Shown: piece by piece, positions 8,879 through 16,386 of the stretch
How the letters are laid out: each line of letters starts with the position of its first letter
Position numbering within the stretch: the stretch's first letter is position 1
Source: Elusimicrobia bacterium GWA2_62_23
GTDB lineage: Bacteria; Elusimicrobiota; Elusimicrobia; Elusimicrobiales; UBA9959
DNA length: 64,000 nucleotides
Assembly: GCA_001799635.1 (NCBI GenBank)
Contig: MGTV01000008.1
Location: forward strand, 879-64,878
Direction of reading: 5' to 3'
The notes under the pieces: model-generated
Database searches by the model: none
What the model was told of the DNA's origin: nothing
Seen by the model: the letters and a program-made list of their open reading frames with translations, nothing else
Made by a program: the position numbers and the translations under genes

Positions 8879-9289
8879 ATGAATAATAAACAAGTCAGGT
8901 TCGGCGTTTCTCTGGAGGGGGACCTCTTGCGTAAATTCGACGCGTATCTTTCCTCCGAGGGGTATTCCAACCGCTCCCAGGCCATAGCGGGCCTGATCCG
9001 CAAGGAATTCGTTTCCGACGCCTTCGCCCACGGCCGGGCCGTGGCCGGCGCCGTTACCCTGGTCTACGACCATCATAAACGCGAAACGGTGAACCGCCTG
9101 CTGGACATCCAGCACGACCACGGCCCCATCATAATCTCGGCCCAGCACGTGCATTTGGACCACGACAACTGCCTGGAGATCATCGCGGTCAAGGGGCCCG
9201 GCGCCAAGGTGCAGGCGCTGGCCGCCGCGCTCAAAGCGGTAAAAGGCGTAAAGCACGCCACGCTAAGTGTTACCACTTCGGGAAAATAG
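8879..9289 (+). CDS. nikR: Nickel-responsive regulator NikR (ribbon-helix-helix plus C-terminal metal-binding domain)
   Basis: N-terminal RHH (VRFGVSLEGDLLRKFD) and C-terminal H-x-H...C ligand pattern (QHVHLDHDNCLEII). ATG 8879 is preferred over GTG 8870. Confidence 0.85.
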   Translation: MNNKQVRFGVSLEGDLLRKFDAYLSSEGYSNRSQAIAGLIRKEFVSDAFAHGRAVAGAVTLVYDHHKRETVNRLLDIQHDHGPIIISAQHVHLDHDNCLEIIAVKGPGAKVQALAAALKAVKGVKHATLSVTTSGK

Positions 9290-9297
9290 GGGGGATC

Positions 9298-10035
9298 ATG
9301 AAATTCAGAGGCGCCATACTAGTCCTGTTCTTCGGCTGCGGCAGCGCCGCGGCTTTCCATCCGCTCATCGGCGAGGACACCGCTTTCCTCGGCAAGGACG
9401 TCCGCCAGCTGGAGGCCGGCCTGGACTACGCGGTTTCCCGCGAAGGCCAGGACGTTTACGCCACCGCCACCGCCGCGGAACTTTCTTACGGGCTGTTCGA
9501 CCGGTTCGACGTGCTCGTTACCGTGCCGTGGCAGGGGTGGAGTTCTCATGGCCTGTCCGAGAGCGGCCTGGGCGACGTGCTGGTAGAGGTTAAATTCCCC
9601 GCCGGCGCGGGCGCCGGGTGGGACCTGGCCCTGAAGCCCGGTTTCTCGCTGCCCGCCGGGGACGAGGCCAAAAGCCTTGGTGCTGGTGAGGGCGGCGCCT
9701 GGGTGTACGGCATAGCCGGCCGCGCCTCCGGGCCCTGGCAGTTCTACCTTAACGCGGGCTACCTCTACAACCGCAATTCCCTGGACGAGGAAAAGAATAT
9801 TCTAAAGGGTTCCGCGGCCGCGGTTTACGGCTTTCTGCCCAAATGGCTGGTAACGGCTGAACTGGCGGCAGAGACCAATCCCGAAAAAGATTCGGTCTCG
9901 CACCCTGTTTCTTCGGTCTTCGGCCTTGTCTGGTCCCCGCTGCCTTCGCTGGACCTGGACGCCGGCGTCAGGTTCGGCCTTACCAAACCCGCCGATGACA
10001 TGGGGCTGATGGGCGGCATTACTCTCAGGCTCTGA
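9298..10035 (+). CDS. Putative outer-membrane beta-barrel protein (MetA/transporter-like)
   Basis: Signal peptide, alternating beta-strand pattern, aromatic-rich C-terminal strand (GGITLRL). Lies in the nikR operon. Confidence 0.55.
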   Translation: MKFRGAILVLFFGCGSAAAFHPLIGEDTAFLGKDVRQLEAGLDYAVSREGQDVYATATAAELSYGLFDRFDVLVTVPWQGWSSHGLSESGLGDVLVEVKFPAGAGAGWDLALKPGFSLPAGDEAKSLGAGEGGAWVYGIAGRASGPWQFYLNAGYLYNRNSLDEEKNILKGSAAAVYGFLPKWLVTAELAAETNPEKDSVSHPVSSVFGLVWSPLPSLDLDAGVRFGLTKPADDMGLMGGITLRL

Positions 10036-10053
10036 TCCTAAAGGAGATACAAC

Positions 10054-10749
10054 ATGGAAAACAGCGCTATCCTTCTCACCGCGGCTTCGCTCGGGTTCAT
10101 TCATACGGTCCTCGGCCCGGACCATTACGTGCCTTTCGTGGCGCTCTCCAAGGCCCGCGACTGGTCGCAGGCCCGGACCGCGCTCGTAACCTTCCTTTGC
10201 GGGCTCGGGCACGTGCTGAGTTCCGTGCTGATAGGCCTTGCCGGCATCTGGTTGGGCTCGGCCGTTTCCCGTCTGGAATGGATAGAGGGCATCCGCGGCG
10301 ACGTGGCAGGCTGGTTGCTGCTGGCTTTCGGCCTGGCCTACATGGTCTGGGGCATCAAGAAAGCCATAAAAGGAGAAAAGCACACTCACCTGCATTCCCA
10401 CGGCGGGCCGGCGCACGCGCATGACCACGCGCATGAAGCGGACCACGCCCACCCGCACGGTGAGCGGGCTTCGGTAACGCCCTGGGCCCTGTTCATAGTC
10501 TTCATTTTCGGGCCCTGCGAGCCGCTTATCCCGGTGCTGATGTATCCGGCGCTCAAGACCGGTATGGGCCTGGCCCTCGGCGCCGCGGCGGTATTCTCCG
10601 CGGTAACCATCGCCACCATGATGGCTTCTGTTTTCCTGCTGCTGCGCGGCATGAAGCTTTTTCCGGCGGAGCGGATGGAGCGCTACGCGCACGCGCTGGC
10701 CGGCTTCGCCATCCTGGCCTGCGGCGTGGCTGTGAAAGCCGGGCTTTAG
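10054..10749 (+). CDS. Putative nickel/cobalt transporter with a His-rich loop
   Basis: Six predicted TM segments, an HTVLGPDH motif in TM1, and a central loop HTHLHSHGGPAHAHDHAHEADHAHPH. Lies downstream of nikR. Confidence 0.65.
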   Translation: MENSAILLTAASLGFIHTVLGPDHYVPFVALSKARDWSQARTALVTFLCGLGHVLSSVLIGLAGIWLGSAVSRLEWIEGIRGDVAGWLLLAFGLAYMVWGIKKAIKGEKHTHLHSHGGPAHAHDHAHEADHAHPHGERASVTPWALFIVFIFGPCEPLIPVLMYPALKTGMGLALGAAAVFSAVTIATMMASVFLLLRGMKLFPAERMERYAHALAGFAILACGVAVKAGL

Positions 10750-10788
10750 CGCCGAAACGCGCGCGCATTTTGGTAGAATATCACCTCG

Positions 10789-11694
10789 ATGCGCCTGACG
10801 AAAGTCAAACCTCTTCTATTCCTTCCCGCGCTGGCGGCTTCCGCCTGCCTCTTCCTTTTTCCCGACCCGGCCCGCGCCGCCCGCCGTCCAGGACCCTTGG
10901 CGGGCGACTATGTGGAGATAAGTTCTGACACCCTGCTGGACCAGCTCGCCTCCATTCCCGACTACAATATCGTTCCTGACACCGTGCCGGTGACCGAGGC
11001 CGACGTGCTGGAACTGGAAGAGGGCGAGGACGCCGAGACTTACATCTTCATCAGCAGCGCCATGGCCCAGACCCCGGAGCCGGTGAACCTGGGCGGCAAC
11101 GGCAGCCTGACGCTCACCCGCTATGACAACGGTGAAAAGCTCACCGTCCGCTACCGCCGCAAGGACGGCACCTACGACCCGGAGGCTTTCGCGCGGCTGG
11201 ATTACCACATGCGCTGCGCCCTTACCGGCCGCCAGGCGCATATGGCCGTGAAGCTGGTGGAACTGCTCGACGCCGTGGAAGATAAATTCGGCCGCCGGGG
11301 CCTTGTGCTTTTAAGCGGCTATCGCACGCCCAAGAACAACGGCAAGACCAGCGGGGCCGCCAGGCACAGCCTGCACATGCTGGGCTGGGCCGCGGATATC
11401 CGCATCCCGGGCTACAGTTCTACCAAGGTCAGGAATTTCGCGCGCAAACTCCGGGCCGGCGGCATAGGTTACTATCCGTACAAGGGGTTCGTGCACCTGG
11501 ACGTGGGCAAAGCCCGCTACTGGGCCGTCGGCCGGCCGCCCCGCAAGCGCCGCATCCACCGCCGCGCCAAGCAGACCCGCAAGGTGGCCCTTAAACGCTC
11601 CGTTCACCCCTCCCGGCGTCCCGCCGCGGCCGGGAAGCAGTCCAAGCCGGTAAAAGTTTCTTCAGGACGGAAGCCGCTCAAGGAAAGGTCATAG
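10789..11694 (+). CDS. DUF882/YcbK (MepK-like) M15A peptidoglycan peptidase with a basic C-terminal tail
   Basis: SGYRTPKNN...HSLHMLGWAADIRI...GFVHLDV motif set, plus a signal peptide. Confidence 0.75.
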   Translation: MRLTKVKPLLFLPALAASACLFLFPDPARAARRPGPLAGDYVEISSDTLLDQLASIPDYNIVPDTVPVTEADVLELEEGEDAETYIFISSAMAQTPEPVNLGGNGSLTLTRYDNGEKLTVRYRRKDGTYDPEAFARLDYHMRCALTGRQAHMAVKLVELLDAVEDKFGRRGLVLLSGYRTPKNNGKTSGAARHSLHMLGWAADIRIPGYSSTKVRNFARKLRAGGIGYYPYKGFVHLDVGKARYWAVGRPPRKRRIHRRAKQTRKVALKRSVHPSRRPAAAGKQSKPVKVSSGRKPLKERS

Positions 11695-11723
11695 CGCGCA
11701 GGTGTTGAGTGCCTTTGCCCCGG

Positions 11724-11752
11724 CCCCGGTGATCCCGGGGTCGTTCTTTTTT
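11724..11752 (+). terminator. Possible rho-independent terminator
   Basis: CCCCGG-TGAT-CCGGGG hairpin followed by TCGTTCTTTTTT. Confidence 0.4.
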
Positions 11753-11799
11753 GCGCTTATGTTATATAATTACACGGGGGAGAAGTTCCTCGGAATTTT

Positions 11800-12243
11800 A
11801 TGGAAAAACTGCGCATTAAGGAATTCGACACCGTCCAGTTCACCAAGATGGTGCGCAAGATAAAACTGTTCTCCAGCATGCGCATGGACCTGTTGGAGAA
11901 GATCCTGGCGTGGGTGGGGCTGCACGGCTACAAGAAGGGCGAGAAGATCTGCCGCCAGGGCGACATAGGCGACGCCTTCTTCGTGGTCTACGAGGGGAAA
12001 GTGAGCGTCAGCGTAAGGAAGCTGGGCCTGTTCACCAAGCAGATAGCCTTGCTGGGCCCCGGCGATTGTTTCGGCGAGATGGCCCTGCTGCGGCGGGCGC
12101 CCAGGACCGCTACCGTGACCTGCGAAGAGGACACCAGGGTCTTCGTCCTGCTGTCCGACAATTTTAACGCCGCCCTGGAAGGCAACGCGGATTTCGCAGA
12201 GGAAATGCGGCGCCTCGCCGCCGAGCGAGGGTTCACTGTCTGA
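11800..12243 (+). CDS. Cyclic-nucleotide-binding domain protein
   Basis: cNMP-binding signature GDCFGEMALLRRAPRTATV, 147 aa. Confidence 0.8.
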   Translation: MEKLRIKEFDTVQFTKMVRKIKLFSSMRMDLLEKILAWVGLHGYKKGEKICRQGDIGDAFFVVYEGKVSVSVRKLGLFTKQIALLGPGDCFGEMALLRRAPRTATVTCEEDTRVFVLLSDNFNAALEGNADFAEEMRRLAAERGFTV

Positions 12244-12267
12244 GAGGCGGGGGGTAACTGTCAGGGT

Positions 12268-13080
12268 ATGGCCAAGATCCTTATCATCGATGAAAATGGA
12301 GTGGTGCGCGACGCGCTCCAGGTCTTCCTGGAGAGGGACGGCCACAAGGTGCTGGCCGCGGCCGACGGCCCGGGGGGCGTGCGGCTCTTCAAGGCCGAGG
12401 CCCCCGACCTGATAGTTCTCGATAAAGACGTGCCTGCCCTGTCCGGGCTGCAAGTTCTTCAGAAGGTCCGCGCGCAGGCCCCGGCGATCCCCGTAATAGT
12501 GCTGACCGCGCGTGATTCCGCCAGGGACGGCGGGCCATACCAGAGTTCCGGCGCGGCGGCTTTCCTCTCCAAGAAGGACGGCTTGGTGGGAGTCCTCAAC
12601 GAGATAGACCGGCTCCTGGCCCCGGCGCGTCCGCTGCCGCCATCTCCTCCTCCTTTCTCCAGCCCGGTGCTGCCGCCGCCGGCGGCCCTGCCCGTTACCG
12701 GCAGGCCCAGGGGCCTGGTAATGGTGGTGGACGACGACGACGCCATCCTGGACACGGTAGGCCGTTTCCTCGCCTCTTACGGCTACGAAGTGCTGCAGTA
12801 CGCCGACGGGCTCAGCGCCGTTGAAGCCGCGCTGGTCCGCCCGCCCGCCGCGATAGTGCTGGATATTTCCATGCCCGGCAAGGACGGGGTGGCCGTCCTG
12901 AAAGAACTCCTGCCTAAACTGAAGAACACCGGCTTCATCATGCTGAGCGGCACCGGGGACGAGACCGTGGCCCAGGCCTGCCTGAAGCTGGGCGCTTACG
13001 ACTATCTCACTAAACCCGCCAACCTCGGCTCGCTGGAAACCATAGTCCGCGCCTGCGTGGCCGCGGCCGGCCGCTCTTAG
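12268..13080 (+). CDS. Tandem receiver (REC-REC) response-regulator protein with a Pro-rich linker and no output domain
   Basis: Two CheY-like domains (ILIIDEN..LIVLDKDVP and VMVVDDDD..AIVLDISMPGKDG..TKP) joined by PARPLPPSPPPFSSPVLPPP. Confidence 0.8.
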   Translation: MAKILIIDENGVVRDALQVFLERDGHKVLAAADGPGGVRLFKAEAPDLIVLDKDVPALSGLQVLQKVRAQAPAIPVIVLTARDSARDGGPYQSSGAAAFLSKKDGLVGVLNEIDRLLAPARPLPPSPPPFSSPVLPPPAALPVTGRPRGLVMVVDDDDAILDTVGRFLASYGYEVLQYADGLSAVEAALVRPPAAIVLDISMPGKDGVAVLKELLPKLKNTGFIMLSGTGDETVAQACLKLGAYDYLTKPANLGSLETIVRACVAAAGRS

Positions 13081-13094
13081 GCCGCCGTCAGAGC

Positions 13095-13131
13095 GCAAAA
13101 AAGCCCCGGTCCTTACCGGGGCTTTTTTTTT
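13095..13131. terminator. Bidirectional terminator between convergent genes
   Basis: A-tract, AGCCCCGG-TCCTTA-CCGGGGCT, then a T9 tract. Confidence 0.8.
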
Positions 13132-13142
13132 GGCGCCGCGCG

Positions 13143-13937
13143 CTACCAGTCGCCGCCGCCGGCGGACGGGTCCGGCGGCAGGTCGTGCAGGCTTATGTCG
13201 AAGCGGTAGGTCCGGCCTTTGTGTTCATACGCGAAACAGCCGTCCTTCTGCGCGCTGAAATTGAAGCCCGCTCCCCACCACCGGTAGCCGGGCACGTCGG
13301 AAACGGTGTTGGCGGCGCTTTCGGGGTTCTGCAGCACCCGCAGTTCGGAGGGGGGCTTTATGGCCCCGGCTATGTTGCGGTTGGCGCGGCGGAACAGCAG
13401 CTGCTCGTCGTTAATGGGCTGACCGCCTTCCAAAGTTTTGAGCTGCTCCGCGGTGTGGTAGAAAATGTGCACCGCCGGGTCGGCCAGCATGGCCTCGTAC
13501 ATCTCGGAGTACTGCGCCGGTTCGTACTTGTCGTACTTGGCCTTCCAGAGGGCGTCGGGAACGAGCAGGTGGGAGTGGCCCATGTCCGGGAAGAAGACCG
13601 CGTCGGCGTAGCCCAGCTTCAGGGCCTGCTCTATGTGCGAGCGCAGGGCCCCGGCCAGTTCCGGCCCTATCTTTACCGGCGCGCCGTCATAGGAGGGGGG
13701 GAGCACGTAGCTCTTCGCCGCGGCGTCCCAGTACGCGCGCTTGTCCAGGCGCTTGGGCGAGGCGTACATCTCTTCGAAGCGCGCCTTCATCTCCGGCAGG
13801 GTGTAGTTCCATTTGAAGTCGGACTGGTAGATCTTCGCTTCGGAAGCGTCCGGCGGCGGGCAGGGGGCGGCGGCCGCCGCGGGCCAGGCCGCAGCGGTAA
13901 GGAACAGGGTAAAGAGCAGGCAGATGTCTTTTTTCAT
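13143..13937 (-). CDS. Secreted hypothetical protein
   Basis: Signal peptide MKKDICLLFTLFLTAAAWPAAAA. Compact ORF with a terminator downstream. No family recognised. Confidence 0.6.
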   Translation of the reverse strand: MKKDICLLFTLFLTAAAWPAAAAAPCPPPDASEAKIYQSDFKWNYTLPEMKARFEEMYASPKRLDKRAYWDAAAKSYVLPPSYDGAPVKIGPELAGALRSHIEQALKLGYADAVFFPDMGHSHLLVPDALWKAKYDKYEPAQYSEMYEAMLADPAVHIFYHTAEQLKTLEGGQPINDEQLLFRRANRNIAGAIKPPSELRVLQNPESAANTVSDVPGYRWWGAGFNFSAQKDGCFAYEHKGRTYRFDISLHDLPPDPSAGGGDW

Positions 13938-14073
13938 GGTGTCTCTCTTAAAAGTATAGCAGAGCCTCCGGCGTTGTCAATACGGGGCGCCCGGCAGCGC
14001 GGCGGATATCTCCTTGCCTTTTTTTTCGTAATTAGTTTAAATTGACCTTAGTCAACAGCTTGGAGGATATAGA

Positions 14074-15015
14074 ATGAAGAAAACCGCCCTTATCACCGCG
14101 ATGCTCGCGCTCTGCGCCGGCGCCGCTTTCGCCGACGGCAAAGTAATCTACGGCTCGGACGACCGCCTGGACATCTACCAGGTCTCCGACGCCCGCCTGT
14201 TGAAGCTGGCCGATTCCACCGTGGGCCTGTTCAACTCCTACGATATCACCGTAGCGGGCTCCAAGGCCAAGCTGGCTACCGAGTCCTACGCGGAAGGCTA
14301 CGGCCTCTGCAAGGAAGAGCCCTTCTACGACCAGGTCACCGGCGCCTTCTGCTCCGGCTCCCTGGTGGCGCCCGATATCATCATGACCGCCGGCCACTGC
14401 GTGAAGAGCGAGGACGCCTGTAAGGACACCAAGTTCGTTTTCGGCTTCGCCGTGAAGACCAAGGGCGTGATGCCCAGCGAAGTTCCCGCTTCCGAAGTGT
14501 ACGGCTGCTCCCAGCTCATCGGCCGCGAGCAGGTTGGCACCGGCGCCGACTGGGCGCTGATCCGCCTGGACCGCAAGGTGGCAGGCCACGCGCCGCTCAA
14601 GTACAATACCGCCGACACCGTTAAGAACGGCGATCCCCTAATAGTCATAGGCCACCCGGCCGGTCTGCCCACCAAGATAGCCGGCGGCGCCACCGTGCGC
14701 GACGCCTCGCCTAAGGGCTATTATGTGGCCAACCTCGACACCTACGGCGGCAATTCCGGCTCCGCGGTGTTCAACGGCCGCACCGGCGTCATTGAAGGCA
14801 TCCTGGTGCGCGGCGAGAACGACTACGTCTATAAGGATGGCTGCCGCGTCTCCAACGTGTGCGCCTCCGACGCCTGCCGCGGCGAGGACGTTACCAAGCT
14901 GTCCGCCATCACCTCGCCTTTCAGCAAGGCCGCTCGCGGCGAAGCTCCCGTGTCGGTGGCCAAGGCCGCCCCGGTCTTCGAACTGCTCAAGACCCTGGCC
15001 CCGGACCTCAACTGA
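14074..15015 (+). CDS. Secreted trypsin-like (S1) serine endopeptidase
   Basis: Signal peptide, His motif TAGHC, Ser motif GGNSGSAVF. Overall layout resembles Glu-specific/V8-like proteases. Confidence 0.75.
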   Translation: MKKTALITAMLALCAGAAFADGKVIYGSDDRLDIYQVSDARLLKLADSTVGLFNSYDITVAGSKAKLATESYAEGYGLCKEEPFYDQVTGAFCSGSLVAPDIIMTAGHCVKSEDACKDTKFVFGFAVKTKGVMPSEVPASEVYGCSQLIGREQVGTGADWALIRLDRKVAGHAPLKYNTADTVKNGDPLIVIGHPAGLPTKIAGGATVRDASPKGYYVANLDTYGGNSGSAVFNGRTGVIEGILVRGENDYVYKDGCRVSNVCASDACRGEDVTKLSAITSPFSKAARGEAPVSVAKAAPVFELLKTLAPDLN

Positions 15016-15036
15016 TCCGGCCCAGCCGCTACAGGA

Positions 15037-15066
15037 AAGCCCCGGTCCGCCGGGGCTTTTCTTTTT
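15037..15066 (+). terminator. Rho-independent terminator
   Basis: AAAGCCCCGG-TCCG-CCGGGGCTTT followed by TCTTTTT. Confidence 0.75.
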
Positions 15067-15108
15067 AGTCCGGACTTTATACACTTGTGAACGCGGTTCT
15101 TTGCGTCT

Positions 15109-16125
15109 ATGGACATAAACTCTTTCGCTGGATCGTTCAGTCAGGCCCTGGACAGGCGCCGGCCGCTTCTGGAGCGGCTTGAGGCCGAAGGCACCGACTG
15201 CTGCCGACTTTTCCACGGCATAGCCGAGGGCTTGCCCGGCCTGACGGTGGACCGCTACGGCCCTCTGCTGCTGGCGCAGACCTTCCGCGACTGCCTCTCT
15301 CCGTCGGAAACGGAGGCGCTGGAAGCGACCCTGCGCAAGGCGCTGCCGGGCGCCCCCGCCTTTGTCTACAACCACCGCGGCAAGAAGGCCGCCGAATCCT
15401 TCGACCAGTGGCACCGGCCCGCGCCCGCGGCGCTGCAGGAATTCACCTGCCGCGAGGGGGGGCTGAAATATCTCATCAAGGCCAGGCACCGCGGCATAGA
15501 CCCCTGGCTTTTCCTGGACCTGCGCGCCGGCCGCCGGGCCGTGCGCGCCGCTTCCGCGGGGGCGAGCGTGCTGAACCTGTTCGCCTACACCTGCGGGGTG
15601 GGCGTCTGCGCCGCCGCCGGGGGCGCCGCCGAGGTCTGGAACGTGGACTTCTCCCAGTCCGGCCTGGAAGTGGGCCGCCGCAACGCCGCGCTGAACGGTG
15701 TTCCCGAAAATAAATTCAAGCTGGTGAACGAGGACTGCCTTACGGTGGTGCGCCAGCTGGCCGGCCTGCCCGTGGCCGGGCGCTACGGCCAGAAAAGAAA
15801 ATACGAGCGCTTCGCCCGGAAGGCTTTCGACCTGGTCTTCCTGGACCCGCCGGCCTGGGCCAAAGGCCCGCTGGCCTCGGTGGACCTGGTGCGGGACTAT
15901 CCCAGCCTGTTCAAACCGGCCGTCCTCGCCGTAAAACCCGGCGGCCGCATAATAGCCGCCAACAACTCCGCCGCGGTAGCTTACGAGGCCTGGGTAGAAG
16001 TGCTGAAGCGCTGCGCGGCCAAGGCCGGCCGCCCCATAAAAGACCTGCGGCCGGTGCCGCCTGACGCCGATTTTCCGTCGTTCGACGGCAAGCCCCCGCT
16101 CAAAGTCGTGATCTGCGAAGTCTGA
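15109..16125 (+). CDS. Class I SAM-dependent methyltransferase, RlmI/YwbD-like
   Basis: SAM motif VLNLFAYTCGVGVCAA and motif IV FDLVFLDPP, with an N-terminal PUA-like region. Confidence 0.7.
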   Translation: MDINSFAGSFSQALDRRRPLLERLEAEGTDCCRLFHGIAEGLPGLTVDRYGPLLLAQTFRDCLSPSETEALEATLRKALPGAPAFVYNHRGKKAAESFDQWHRPAPAALQEFTCREGGLKYLIKARHRGIDPWLFLDLRAGRRAVRAASAGASVLNLFAYTCGVGVCAAAGGAAEVWNVDFSQSGLEVGRRNAALNGVPENKFKLVNEDCLTVVRQLAGLPVAGRYGQKRKYERFARKAFDLVFLDPPAWAKGPLASVDLVRDYPSLFKPAVLAVKPGGRIIAANNSAAVAYEAWVEVLKRCAAKAGRPIKDLRPVPPDADFPSFDGKPPLKVVICEV

Positions 16126-16250
16126 CCCCGCGCCGCCCCGGGAATTTAGCGCTGAGAAACGGCCGCGGACTAAAAGCACGGCCGCTGAAATTAATGTAAA
16201 ATATAGGCAGTAAGGGTCCGGAGACAGCTCCGGAGGTTTGGGATGGTCGG

Positions 16251-16293
16251 GCCGCCATTCCGGTAAATTACCGGACGGCGGCTATTTCTTTTT
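16251..16293 (+). terminator. Terminator-like hairpin in the 260-nt spacer upstream of otsA
   Basis: GCCGCCATTCCGG-TAAATTA-CCGGACGGCGGC followed by TATTTCTTTTT. A second hairpin TCCGGAG-ACAG-CTCCGGA lies just upstream. Confidence 0.5.
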
Positions 16294-16386
16294 AGGCGCT
16301 TTAACGCGCGGCCTTCCTTCGATAATTTAACCGGGATCCGTTCGCCTGGGACGGATGTAATACATTAAAACGGCCGAGAGGTTGCA

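Noticed and set aside
8677-9003. N-terminal 109-aa extension of the C11 peptidase ORF (track start 9003)
   Set aside because: The extension runs through the nikR promoter and 5' end and has no signal peptide. The internal ATG 8676 has a strong Shine-Dalgarno and begins a classic signal peptide.
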